Assembly (NCBI RefSeq): GCF_009914755.1
Contig: NC_060933.1
Direction: 5' to 3' (one strand)
Length of the DNA stretch: 64,000 bases
From: the human T2T-CHM13v2.0 reference genome, Homo sapiens
Of the stretch, positions 40,330-54,116 are shown in pieces. The notes beneath the pieces are model-generated. The model did no database searches. It saw only the letters and a program-made list of their open reading frames with translations, and was not told the origin of the DNA. The position numbers and the translations under genes are program-made. Numbering within the stretch: the stretch's first letter is position 1; each line of letters begins with the position of its first letter.

Positions 40330-40650
40330 CATATGAAAATGAGGTTAAAAAGCAAAAACAACCTCCCAACCGCCTCACACCAATCAGGGTGGCCACTACC
40401 AAAAAAAAAGCAAAAAACAAACAAACAAAAATGGAATACAAGTGTTGGTGAGGATGTGGAGAAGCTGGAACTCTTGCACTTTGCTGTGGGAATGCAATAC
40501 AGTGTAGCCACTGTGGGAATCATGACGGTCCCTTAAAACTTTAGAATAACCATGTGTTCCTGAGATTCCACTCTGGGTATGTACACAAAGAAGTCTCAAA
40601 GAGACGTGTACACTCATATTCACGACAGCACTATTCACAAGGGCCAGAAA
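40330..40650 (+). mobile_element. Old L1 fragment (L1M, ORF2 3' region)
   Basis: ACAAGTGTTGGTGAGGATGTGGAGAAGCTGGAAC...ATTCCACTCTGGGTAT. Confidence 0.7.
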
Positions 40651-42084
40651 TCTCTTCTGCAGCCAGTCATGTCCTCAAAGTGACCCCACCTTTATAAGGA
40701 CAACCTGAAGGGGACCTCTGTTACCATAGTGAGAACACAAGAGCGTCTTCGGGTGTGCACAATGGTTGGGAACGTGGCAGAACTGGCTCTAGGACTTGCC
40801 AAGTGCTGCTGGTGCATCCTGGGCACAGGGCAAAAGCCAGCTCTTCACAGGGACTTCTCACCTCACTGTCTATAGCAGGCTGGAGCACGGATGTATGCAT
40901 GCCCCTGCTATAGAGGCATGGATGTAGCAGTGACCCCCTGAGGCTGCCACGAGTCCCCCATGAGTGCAACTGCAGAGACAGCAGCCGGCAGCAGACGGAC
41001 TGAGGTGGGGCCACCAGGGGACTTGCTCACTTCCAGGGGGGCCAGGCGGTCAGTGGGCCACTGCAGCATGGTCAGCACTGACGGAGTCCTTGATAGTGGG
41101 GAGGGGTCTCCAATCGGCAGGGAGGGCTCTCCAATCAGCAGAGAGGGGCTCCCATGACCTCTGTCCAACCAGCAGCCACTGCAGACTGTAAAGACAGCTG
41201 GTGCCACATGCTACGGCCTTCTGAGCCCACGGTATGTGTCCTAGAGAGGGACTGTGCACAGGCACAGTAGGTCAGATGCATCCAACTCTTGGCATTTCGC
41301 TTAACCCCCTCTGGGAGGGACCTCCCACCCCTGCATGTAGCCGAGCATGGGCTTCTGATAGAAGCAATCAGGTTCTGCCCAAGTACAGGGTGGATACCAC
41401 CCAGGGCAGAAGTCCAGAGGGTCACAGGGTCCGGGGGCAACACGGAGACACAAAGCCCTCTGCTGTCCCATTACACACAAGAGCATGGCCCTAGGTGCAG
41501 ATTGTCCCGGGGCTCAGACAGTATCTCTCAAAGCCTCTGGATGCTGGTACCAGCATACCCCAGCAGCTCCGCACTAAGTGTGGGTCACACTGGGCAGCTC
41601 CAGCCAGAGCGCCACCACTCCCCTCTGGACTGGGTGACATGGATGCTATGATGAGCTGCAGAAGCCCCCATGCAGACGTGGGCAGGAATCTGTGCATGAC
41701 TCACACATAGCACTTGGCATGCACGGACTGCCCCGCTCTGGGGAGAGATGCTGTGACACATGGAGCACACCAGGAATGCCAAGTGACGTGGACCACGCAT
41801 ACCACATTGTCTCCAGCTGTTCATGTTTTAAGACCAGCCAGACCTCAGCCCCGGAGCAGCAGTAATGTGCGACAAGGTCTACCCAGTCACCCGCTGCCAG
41901 CCAGGTGAGGCCCATCCACCTGTCTCCACGATGCATGCTGCCCCCATCCAGCACGCGTGTAGGTAGAGGAGGGAGGGGTCTCGGTCTAGGAGCCAGCCAG
42001 GACCCTAGAAACCTCTAGAAGGGAAGACAGAACAATGGCGTTGGGCGCCTTCTCAATCTCCACTGAGACCTTTGTCAAAACGGT

Positions 42085-42445
42085 ATGCAGGCCCTCAAAT
42101 CTATTGCTTCTTTGGGTTTTCACTTTCTTTCATGAAGCTTCATGTATGTAAAAATGTTAGTCTGTCTTTTCTCCTGTTACTGTCTTTCGTCAGTTTAATT
42201 CGCAGGCCCTAGAAACAGCATCTAAGAGAGTAGAGTGAAAGTTTTTCTTCCCTCCACCACCAGCATAGCACCTTCTCTCCTCTCTGCCCTCCTGCCTCTC
42301 TCATAAGAAAACTCTGTGATTACATTTAGGGATCACCCTGGAAAATCCAGGAGAATTTTCCTATCTCAAGGTTCTTAAGTGAATCCTATCTGCAAAATCT
42401 CTTTACCATGTAAGGAAACATTCACAGGTTCCAGGGATGAGGGAT
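42085..42445. mobile_element. Adjacent LTR fragments: MER34/MER39-like 3' end (~42085-42257, +) and MLT1-like (~42270-42445, -)
   Basis: CTAAGAGAGTAGAG..AAAGTTTTTCTTCCC; TGTGATTACATTTAGGG...ATTCACAGGTTCCAGGGAT. Confidence 0.5.
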
Positions 42446-44027
42446 GCCCCAAGGTACTAGGGCATCATTCATCCTCCTGCAGACCCCTGGCATGTGCAGC
42501 CATGGACCTTTGAGTGAAGTCTCCAGGGCCCTGTCAGGGAATGTAGAGGGGAGGCAGGGCAGCTGGGCCAGGCCCTGTCTAAAGGGGCCACTGCACCTCC
42601 CAGCCTTCTACAACATGGCCTAGTGTGGGCAATAGTTCTTGATTTTTTTCTCCTGAAAGAAAAAAACCTGAATTTTTAGGTGAAGCCTTTGAATGCTGCA
42701 ACATAATTAATCCATATATTTTTAATACTGGGAAGTCCCAACCAAACACATCTGAGGGCTGAGTTGCTGGTCTAAGAGCTCAGAGTCTACCTGGGCATGG
42801 GGGAAGGGGCCGGCCAAGGCGGGGAGTGCACGGGGGCTGCACATCCCCCAGGGCATGTGGAGGACAGAAATCCCCACTAAGAGAGTCATGATAAAGGCAG
42901 TCATAAGGTAATATTAATTTTAAGAATGCTGGTTGAGTAAACATGCAAATGATCATTAACAGGACCTGGAAAATAACCAGAAAACCAGTACATTCCATGG
43001 GAATCTTGACTTGATGAGCCATTCAGATGCAAATTTTACCCCAATTCTGGAAGGATTACAAGCATCCCCATTCACAGCCCCCATTCCTATGTAAATTCTA
43101 GTCCGAGGACTGGCCCTCCAGTTCCCAGCCTTCTGGCTGCTTTGCCCTGTTTCTTTCCTTTAGGCTCCTAAGCAAGAGCTGTGGAGTTTCTGGTTTGTTT
43201 CTGGCCCCTCCTCCTTTCCCCAACTCACAGAGATGGCAGACTCCCAGGGCTCTCTGACTTTCACACACCTGGACCATACTAGACACAGTGCCGGGCATGT
43301 ACTTTGATTTACAGAACCCAGGGACAAACAAGGCCACCCAGGTCTCTGTGTCAGCAAAGATCCTGAACATCAGCCACACCCACGGCTTTATGCAGAGCAA
43401 GTCCTACAGGCTCCACCTACGCCCCACCCGGCCCCGACCAGCCTGCTGCCTGCTCCTGGACAACCTGGTCTGGGTGCACCCCTCCCAGGGCCACGCCCAC
43501 AGGTTGCATGTCCGGCCTTTCCTTACAAAGGCTGTGCAAAACAGAGAAACTTCGAGATAAATGAAACTTAAATAAAGGAAGGGCATGAACACTGCCCAGT
43601 GTCCATATCTGCTGTGCCGCATCCCAATGCATGCTGAATTGGCTGCCCAGTAAGAGAAAGCAGGGATAGCCCAGGCCAAGGAAGCGCCCCCGCTGCCCCC
43701 CACCCCCAAATCACAGCCTCAGCCTTGGCTGCTCTCTGGCCAGCTACAGAATGACGGACATCTCAGACAACATCCTGCACTTCTGTTGTCTTCAAAGCAC
43801 AGAAGTGCAAAGCTCTGGAGTGAAGCCTGTAAGGTCCACTCAAGTGTGTTTTTCCTCTGGTTGTCCAGAAGGGCAGCTGGTCATTTGGTCCCCTCACATT
43901 AGAAGGAAGCCCACTTACTCAGCTCATTCTCACTCAACCCCAGTGAGGGGTGAGAAATGGGAACACAAGACCATTTACCAAATGACAAAGAAAACCCAAG
44001 CCCCTGACCCTGCCCAGCTGGCCTCAC

Positions 44028-44167
44028 CTTTCCAGGGGCCATGCTCCTGACCCCACGCTGGTCAGCGTGTCCTCAGCCACCAGGGAGGATGGATACTCAG
44101 GACACCATCTGGCCCCGCCGCCCCATCCTCACGCAGGGCCTCTGCTCGCCTGGGACGTCTGTCCTGA
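44028..44167 (-). other. SEMA4D: Candidate alternative SEMA4D 5'UTR cassette exon (140 nt)
   Basis: Branch-like ctaat followed by acccctgcAG acceptor (44169-44168); donor AAG|GTGAGG (44027); alternative donor TGA|GTAAGT at 43918. Splice-signal evidence only. Confidence 0.35.
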
Positions 44168-46345
44168 CTGCAGGGGTTTCAAGGGCTCTGTTATTAGTTG
44201 GGGCTCAGGCCAGGACTGCTCCAGCCACAACAAGGCACCCTTCAGCGCAGGGACAAGGTCCCGTGGTGAGCCTTCTCCGCAGGCTGTGGAACAAGCCTGT
44301 CCCATTCTCTTCCTTTTAAACAGCAGGGCTGTTCAGCGATGTGGGCCTGATTGTTTTCCTGTGTGGGCTAATTCAGGGGCTCGTGGGGCAGGGCCCAGTC
44401 CCAAGGCTGAGGAAGGAGGAGAAAGGCTGCCTTAGAGGAGGGTGTGGGGGGTTGCGGCCCAGCACCCAAGCCATGCACACCATTGTCCACCCATGGAGCA
44501 GCAGGTCGCCTGGCGAGGGCAAGCTCCTGGGTGCCTGAGGACCCTGCAGGCCTGGCCACTACTTCAGTCATCTGGGGGCTCCATGGCAGGATGGGTGAGC
44601 TGCCTAAGGCCACGGGACAATGGGGCTAGAGGTGAAGTCCCGAGGAAGCAGATGTAGCCCTGGGCAAGTCACTCTGGCCCTCTGAGCTCTCATGTCCAGC
44701 CTTGGACTCAGGAATCACGAAGACAGCTCAGTCAAGAGGTAGCAATGAGGGCAAACTTGGGAGGTGAGCATGCACAGAGCTGCTGGACAGTGCTGCAGCG
44801 AGATGGCCTGCTCCCAGCTGGGCAGACGACCCTAAAACAGGAAGCACGTGGCCTCTTTTGTTAGGGGCTGCAGGGCCCTGGCTGCTCTGCGGGCCAGCAT
44901 GCCCACCCCCATGAGTGGCCTGATCCTAGTGGGCATTGCACAGTGCAATGAAGTGTGGCTCGTGCAGCTCTGGCAGTTTTTATTTTTCTGCAGGCCAGGT
45001 TTTCCTCCCACAGCGGCAGGCACCTGCCCTCAGCCTGTAAGGAAGCGCGATGCAGTGAGTATTGCCCAATCTTGGTCGCCCACACTTGGTCTTGAATAAG
45101 CAAACAACCACAGGACAAGCAGCAGGGCAGGTGTGAAGCTCGCCCTGAGTCTCTGACACTGCAGGTGTGGCCTCCAGATCCCAGCCTCTGCACCCACCCC
45201 CACCCAGCACCAACCCTAGCAGGCGGCAGCGACAGGCACTCCCACTGCTGCGGTGCACCCTGAGAGGGGAGGGCACAGGCCTGGCGCATGACTGGGCTCA
45301 GTGACACGGGCACCTGCCCATGTGTGCCAGCGGCAAGGGGCACAGGTTCCCGGTGCTGCCTCTGGTCAAGGGGTCCCAGGGAGGGAGGTCTGGCTGATGT
45401 GTCCAGGTGCTAAAGGAAGGTAGCAACGTGACTTGAGCAGGCACAGGTGACAGCCACACAAATGAGGTCTCTGAGCCTCGGAGATGAACAAGACAGGGAC
45501 ACTGTATAAAAGATGTGGTGCTCTGCCCTGGTCCGCAGCTCGGGACATAGCCAGGACAGGGACATGCTTGAACCCAGATACCAAGTCTAAAATTCCTTAA
45601 ATTGAGCAACTCAGTCCCAAGGATGAGCCATCCAACCTGCTAACATGCACAGTGCCATCTGGCACCAGGCTCTGCGCCCTTCTCACTGGAAGATTTCTAA
45701 TAACCTACAGGGGTAGGGATAGAAGGGCAGGGCCATCTCAGCAAGATGCAGAGAGGAACCAGAGGACACTTTACCCAGTAGGGCACCCAGATGCTGTGGA
45801 GGGAGCAGCCTCCCTGGGGGCTGAGTGTGGAAGAGGGAAGAGGGAAGCAACAAAGGTGCACTGTAGAGAATACTCAAGCCAAGCGCCCTGCTTCTCTCCT
45901 GGGAGCCTTTTGTGGCCATGAAGGCAAGTTTTAAGTTTGGAGATGAGAAACTGGAGACCCAGGAAGGGTGAAGAGTGAAGGGCTGGGGGCCTCAGCTGGT
46001 GCTGGACTTGTGCTCATGTGGATGCCACACTCAGGCTGGCCTGGAGAGAGCTTTCAGGGTGGAGCACCTCCCATGGCAGCTCGTGATGGCTGCATCACAG
46101 AATGCAACAAGAAGGTGAGCAGGACGACATTCACCGCGGGAGCCTGGTGACTGCAACTCCTGCTCACGACAGAGCTGGGGTCATGCAATTAGATAAAATA
46201 TTAATCCAGTACATCACGGGCTGAAAGCTATGCCAGTCAAACCCACATTATGAAGCACTTTATTCTGTCGTTCCTGAGACAAACAACATTTCTAGTGTTA
46301 GGGATATTTGAGGCAAAAAATCGAAGTATTCTTTATGTTCTTTGA

Positions 46346-46983
<638 letters not shown>

Positions 46984-49900
46984 ACAATGTATGTATTTTA
47001 AGAACTTCTATAAACTCTACAGTATGTTTCACAATTTTCAGACATGTTTATAGATTCAGAATATATGAGTTACCTGGCTTAACGAATAGGGTTTCTTAGA
47101 ATCCTCTAAGATCTAGTGGCTGAGTGGAGACCACTCTGGCCTGTAAACTGTCCAGGAAAGTAATGAGCCCTGAAGGTAATTGTCTTAAAGCAATGGTAAT
47201 ATTAAGAGAAACACTCAAACTGGAAAGAAGCATTTCTTCTATGATTAAAGATTTCACAAAAAATTAAGGTTTTTAATTATGCAAAGAAGCTAATGGTTTC
47301 AAACACCTGCATTCACCACCCACACGAACAATGTGGTGTAGCATTTATTCCATTTCCATCTAAAAGGTGTCAGCTCAGCCGGCGGCTGACTGGTCTAAAG
47401 ATCATCGCAGCTGGCCGGACCCCAGAGTGCACTGACAGGTCAATCTGATTTACAAAAAAAGCAAGAGTAAGTGTCTATTTTTAAAAGCCTATTTACAGGT
47501 TATTTTCTCTTTACAAAAAAAGTCAGTGATGCCCCCACTTCACGAATTTTAGCTGAATGGAAACCGGCCGACCCACGATCAAGCTCACCGCATCTTAGTG
47601 TCAATTTAAGCATTCACTTACTTTAGCCCACAAACATGCCATATAGTCATTCTACATTGGCACACTGCCCCTCAATCACCCTCACCACAGCCCAAAAGTG
47701 GACACACGTGCTGGGTCAGGAGCCGTGTCCAGGACACATGGAGACCTGCCTGCTCTTAGTCCCACCAAGGGCAGTCCACAGAGAATGGAGCCACGATAAG
47801 AGGCCTGGTGTCCTCCCTGTGAGCCTGACCCTCACCCTGGGAGCCACCCAGGCTGTGGCATCTCCATCCACACCCACCCGGGACGAGCCCTGGAGTGGTG
47901 CTGGCTCCTCTGCCCCACAGACCCAGTTGAGGCTCCCTCCCCGCCCCTGCCAGGAAGCAGTGACCACAACGCCTTCCCTCCCATTCCTCTCCAGCCCCTG
48001 TGCCTTCTCCCACCCACGCTTTCACCCACCCCCATGGTATAGCTACATGAGTATCTCGAAACTCCAAATCTGGTCTTGACATGCCTCTGCCAAAAAGCCT
48101 TCAACAGCTCTTTGCTGCCTTTTGCTTAAAATCCCAACCCTTTACCCTCACAATGCTGTCTGATCCACCTCCCACCCGCACCCATCACCCTGGCCCCTGA
48201 GCCCTACCCTCCGCTTGCCCTCCACACTCAGCCCCCAAGGAGGCTGCACCCTCCACAGCAGCAGGGCCCTTCTGGGTAAAGCGTCCCCTGGTCTCCTGGA
48301 AAAAAAGGAGGCTGCTTCCTCCTCTGAGCTCCCCGGCACCTCGTGCAAGACTTATTCATGTTCCTCTGCAAACATTTCCTAACTACTTGCTACGTGCCAC
48401 ATGCCGTGCTAAGTGCCAGCAGAGCAAAGTGGGGCTGACTCCACCCTACGGAACCCTTCCAGTGGGCAAGACATCAATGTCCCACAGCATGTGCTTGCGT
48501 GTGTGTGATGACACACTGTGACAAGTCCTGAGTAGGAACACACAGGGTGCCAAGAGAACTACAGGAGACAAGCTGGCCTGGTGAGGAGGCTAAGTTGGAC
48601 CTGAAGGGTGAGGTGTCAGAAATGCACAAGTACACTTTAACTGGACTACTGCAGCAAATTTCCACCCAAGAGGGCAAAACAGCATGCAACTTGACTGATC
48701 AGAGCTCCTGAAAGTTGTTTGACCTGCTCACCCAGGGAGTCCTTCTAAGAACAACAAGCCACTCTCCTGGGCAAGCTGCTCCCTCAGCAAACCACCATCA
48801 GGCTGGCTTCACGCCCTCTGCTGCGTCCACTGATCTTAAAGTCTTATTACACATTGTAAACATGTCCCAGTCCAAATCAGACCAGCCACCCACATTGAAA
48901 GATCTGCCTTAAACCAAACTCCCAGACCTTACGAATACCAACCCTTGGCCTCCGCTTCCACACACGCGCAGGACTCGGCCGGGCGGCACTGTTCCTCCCA
49001 GCAGCGGGCAATTTCCACAGCTTCGCGTGGTGGACGGGCCATCAGGGAGGACTCTTCAGGAATTTGGCACCAACAACATTAGCTTTCCAGGCAGACAGAA
49101 CAGCAGGCAAGACAGAGCCCAATGTGTCTGGGATCAGAAGGAAAGGGGATGTGGCCGAGGTGATGATGGCAGAGGCAACCCTGAGCTCTGGCTGGAGATG
49201 TCGGTACCGGCCAGGCCCCCATTCCCACATCATGGGCCACCCCCACATCACTGTGTCAGGATCAGAATGCCCCAGACCATGGGAAGGAAGTGAGGGCAGC
49301 CTGGAAGCAGCAGGCAGGGAGGGGACCAATTCCCCACCACCCCATGGCTCCTCCTCAGGGCTCCTGGGACCTGCCTGGAGGCTGTGGCTGCTTTGTCCCT
49401 GGGTGTCCTCAGTACCCTCTTTGTCATTTCAGCCCCAATACCTGTCTAACCACTCTGCGTCCAGCTTTCCTGCCTGGGCCCTAACCCCCCTCCCACACTC
49501 CCATCCCAGCCCACACTGTTAAACTTCAGCTTCTGATCTAAGTGAAAGGGAAGTCCAGCAACTCCAGGCCCCACCGTGTGGACAGAGGGCTAGAGGCTGG
49601 CAAGAGGGGCTCATGGCCACGCCCATGTTTGACAGTCCCTCACCAGGCACCCATCCCCATGGCTGTGTTTACACATTTCTCTTCCCCATTGGACTGTAAG
49701 GCTCTGTTATTTAACGTGCCTGAAATCTTGCACAGTTCATGGATGTGTAGACCAGCAATGGCCAGGCTGGTGAGTTCAGCATGTTCCTGATCACCCCTCC
49801 CCATCATCAGCACCCAGTGAGCTGGGGCTGTTTCCTTCCCTTTTCCCCTGGCCCAGGACACATCTTCAGGCCAGAGACATGGTTTGCTGCGCCGTACGGC

Positions 49901-52189
49901 CCAGGTCAAGGTCACTGGCCAAAGCACTGGGAGGGGCTCAGTGGGTCGGCTCTGGGCACCACGGCTGCCACGAGGGTGGTAGGGGCTGCTGGAGCCCCCC
50001 ACTCCAGCCCCACTGGCCCGCCTGTCAGAAGAGGAGGGAGCTACCTGCTCTTTCCAAGCTTGCCAGGCTCCAAGAGTCCTCTGTTAAACATGGCAGCTTT
50101 GCAGGAAGAATACGGACCTCATTAGTTAAAATGCAGTGGAATAGAAAAAATTGTAAGAAAACCATGCAGCAGCAGCAACATGTCAAAAGAGTGAGATGGT
50201 CAGCAGCAAGGAGGGGAGGAGGGGTGGGCGCCATCTGAAACCATGCATAAAAATAAACCATCTGCCTGGCCGGGGTCCTCTTCCTCTACTTGCTAGAAAC
50301 ACAGAGTTCAAGGTAAAAATGGAAAAGACAATGAGTTTCACTTCCACAGGCCCCAACAGCTAGCAAAGAATCAGACCCACTCACCCTGAGCTGTCAGGAT
50401 ACATGCAAGGGGAGGGGAGGGTTCCTGGGGTTCATAACTGCATCCGTCCCAGAGAGGGATCAGCACCAGACAGTGTCTGGCATGGCTGCAGCCCTCCCCA
50501 TCCTTCTCACCATTTCCCAGCGAGGAAACACCAGACCCGGGCAGATGTGAGTCAATGCTGGGGACCCTGGTTCACGCATGTGCCGGTGTCGTCTGCAAAC
50601 CTGGGCCCCGGGCCTGGGCTGGGACAAGCCTGTCATCACACAGCCTGTGAGACTTTTAAGGGCCTTCACTGGGGCTAGAGCAACCTCGGATGCCCACCAG
50701 GACCGTGCTCAGCAGCAGGAGGGCCCCCTGCACCCCTACAGCATGCCTGCACAGCCTCTGCCTGACCTGGGACTGAAGCCGCCCAGGAGGAAGGCGGCTC
50801 TTCTCCCCAGGAGGTGACTCACAGTCCAGAGCCCAGCCCCATCAGGTCCCCTAGGGACTTCTCCACAGCTTCAAGAGTGAGACTTCCCTGTCAGTGGCGG
50901 GATTATGACCACCCACACTACCCCCCTGGACGGAGGCCGGGTCGCGAGGTGCTCTGGAGAAGAACGGTTGCCAGTGCTCAACTGGACACACACTCCAGCC
51001 ACAAGCCATATGTGGGCTGAACAAGGAGCTTAAACAGGGCCACCAGGATGCCCATGGGCCCAGTCTCCAGCCACCTTCCCACGGGGCCTGGCTGCCCTGT
51101 CCACCTTCTCACTGACCTCGAAGCGGGTGTACCACGGTCCTGTTGTCCCTGCAGAGTGGAGCCTTCAGCTGTCTGACAGAAAATGAGCCCTCCCAGTAAA
51201 GCACAGCGTGGACTCCACCCGCCCATAATAGCCACCCGGGAAGCAGGTCCGGCCAGCAGCAGCCGCCAGAGGAGGATCTGCCTGGGGTAGGCGGGTGGCG
51301 GACGGCCCTGGCCCTGCAGCGCTCAGCTGCACCCCACCCCATGCCTGCCTCCGAGCTGGTGGCCAGGACCTGGCTGCCTCCTGTCCTGGCTGTGAGTCCT
51401 GTATGGGCTGGCACCTGAAACTCTCTACCCTCCCTCCACAGCATGGGTGGGGCTGGGGTCACCAGTGGGTAACTGCAGGCCCTGACCTCCTGGGCTCCCT
51501 CCATAGGTGTGGCCTGCCCTGCTAAAGCAGTGCCACAGAAGATGGGGCACAGAGAGCATTTGGAGACTGCGAGGTGCCAGCTGCCAGAGGTGCCTGGGCA
51601 TGGGCATCCTCAGGGGCCCAGAGTCAGGCAGCCCTGGGCCAGGCACAGGCACCTAAGCTGCAGTGACACGGTCACCCCACTGCATGCCCATGCATCCTCC
51701 CACCACGGGCAGAGTCAGGGCACTCATGCCCAAAGGAAATCCAAGCAGTGGGTGGGTCCCTGACACGAAGGGTTCTCTTTTCACTGCTCCCCCCATAATA
51801 AACCTGCTTTACATTTATTGTCCTAGACACCTTGCCTTTTAGAAATTATACCTACCTACCATAGACATAATTCTGCGTCCACCTGGTGGTCTCTGTTTTC
51901 CTGCTTCACCTTGGCCTCCCTCCCCACCTCCATGGCCTCCTCCCTGGCTGCCCCTCTAGCACAGCTACAGTGTACCCACCCTTATCATGCTCTGCCCAGG
52001 AGTCATAAGGAGAAACACAGGCAAACACATACAGGCATACACAGGAGCACTCCTGCCATCACGGCTCACAAAGCACGTCATCACACACACAGCACATGAG
52101 GGGACTCCTCCCAGCTATCAGCACTTGCTCTGCAGCCGCTACTGACGGGATGTGGGCACGTGAAGAGACAAGCAGGCCAGCGAGTGGGA

Positions 52190-52950
52190 TGGAGGATCCC
52201 CAGACGGAACCCAGTTTACATGAGACCCTAACAGACCACAGAGCTGTCATTCAATTCATTGGTCAAAGGACGGATTATTGACTAATTAGTGCTGGCACAC
52301 TGGAAGGAAACAAAATTGCCCTCCCCCACCCCAAGCATATTATTTCATGTTAAAAGCATTCTAGACACGTTCAAGAGTTTAATTCAAACACACAAAACAA
52401 GAAAACTCCTGCCAGAAAATCCTCAGACAACCCATGTAATCTTCTTAACAAACGCTGGTACCCACGAGCCCTAAGAGAAAAGAGACATATTCGACCATAA
52501 AATGAGTTAATCTGGACAGCAAATGATACATTAATAAAAGAAACTGGCAAAGAAAAGAATTAGGAATAAACGTTTTCCAAGCAGAAGAAAGAAGATCAAT
52601 ATCTATAACAAATCCAGAGCTCCTACAGATTGGCAAAAGAGGGCTGAACATCCCGACAGAACAGGGTCACAACACACAACAGGCGATTCACAGAAGATCC
52701 AAACGGCCACAGAATATCCAACAAGGATGCGACACTCACCAGGATCTGGGGTGACACCATCAAGGCCACAAAGCTGTCACTCTGCCCTTGAAGACTGACA
52801 AGTCAGTTTATAGTGTTTCATGCCACCGCCGAAAGAAGGTGCTGGAACAGGGAGCTCCCTGTGCTCACAGGGAAAGGATGAACTGTTGGATCTTTTCAGA
52901 AACGGATCCTGCAAGATCTATTACAAGGAAGAGACACACGCTCTTTGGAC
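52190..52950 (+). mobile_element. Highly diverged L1M fragment
   Basis: A-rich sequence with L1 ORF2-like phrases (AAAAGAGACATATTCGACC, GAGCTCCTACAGAT, CAGGCGATTCACAGAAG). Confidence 0.5.
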
Positions 52951-53049
52951 CGTGAGTGCTGCTCCCTGAAACCCATGCACTGAATGACAGCTCCAGAGCA
53001 TGGCCAGGGTATTCACGGAAGCACTGTTTACACTGCCTGTATGGTTTTC

Positions 53050-54116
53050 AGGCAGCAGCTCTCACCAGTGACCACAAACTGGGTGGCTTACAACAACAGA
53101 AGTGTATTCCCTCACAGTTCTGCAGGACAGAATTCTGAGATCAGTTTCACTGACCAAAATCAGGGTGTCAGCAGGACCATGCTCGCTCTGGAGGCCCCAG
53201 GGGAGACTCCCTTCCTGGCCTCTTCCAGCTTCTGGTGGCAGCAGCGTTCCTTGCTTTGTGGTTCTTTGGTTAGTCAGGGTTCTCCAGAGAAGCAGAACCA
53301 ATAGGATGTGCACAGGGAGAGAGAGAGATTTATTATGTGCTCGGCTCACGTGATTATGGATCTGTCATCCACAAGCTGGAGACCCTGTGAAGCTTCCATT
53401 CACAGGCAGTCAGACAGCCGAAGTCCCCTCTGACTTGGGAAGCCGGGTCTTTTTGTTCTATTAAGGCCTTCGACAGATTGGGTGAGGCCAACTCACTCTG
53501 GGGAGGGCCACCTCCTACCCCACCTTCTACTTTGCACGCCATACCCAGGCCTCAGGCGGGTTCCCTACCCATGCTCCCAGCCTCTGCGTCCACCTCAGAG
53601 GTCTCTGCAGGCTCAGCTGGAGGTGCCATGCAGGACAAGCACTGCACCCCCAGCAGGAGATGAGACGAGACCCTCATGTCCCGGACCCCCTCCCTTCCAG
53701 GCCCTGCCATGTGTTCTATCCCTGCAGGTCTGTCCATCCTGCTTCCCAGGCAACAGCTTTCCTTAGTCTACCGATTCTCATGTCAACCTCACCCAGGAAC
53801 ACCCACACAGACACCCAGAATAGCACCTGACCACTTATCTGGGCACCCGAGGCCCAGCCCAATTGGCAGATAAAATCCACCCCACACCCACCACTACTCT
53901 AGCCTCTGTGCCCTCTGTGCCCGATCTCCCTCTGCTGCCTCTGAGAAGAACACTTGTGAGTGCATTTGGGGCCCACCAGATAGTCCAGAATCATCTCCCC
54001 ACCTCAAGATCCTCAACTTAGTCCCAGCTGCAGACTCTAACTCTATATAAAGTCACCCTCTCAGGCTCCAAGGGTTAGAACCTGGTATTTTCGGGGGCCA
54101 TCATTTGGCCTACCAC
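53050..54116 (-). mobile_element. MaLR MLT1 LTR split by a nested ERVL MLT2 LTR (~53267-53885)
   Basis: MLT1 motifs ACCACAAACTGGGTGGCTTA.AACAACAGAA (left) and AATCATCTCCCCACCTCAAGATCCT (right); MLT2 termini TTAGTCAGGGTTCTCCAGAGAA.CAGAACCAATAGGA and GGCCCAGCC...ATAAAAT. Confidence 0.75.
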
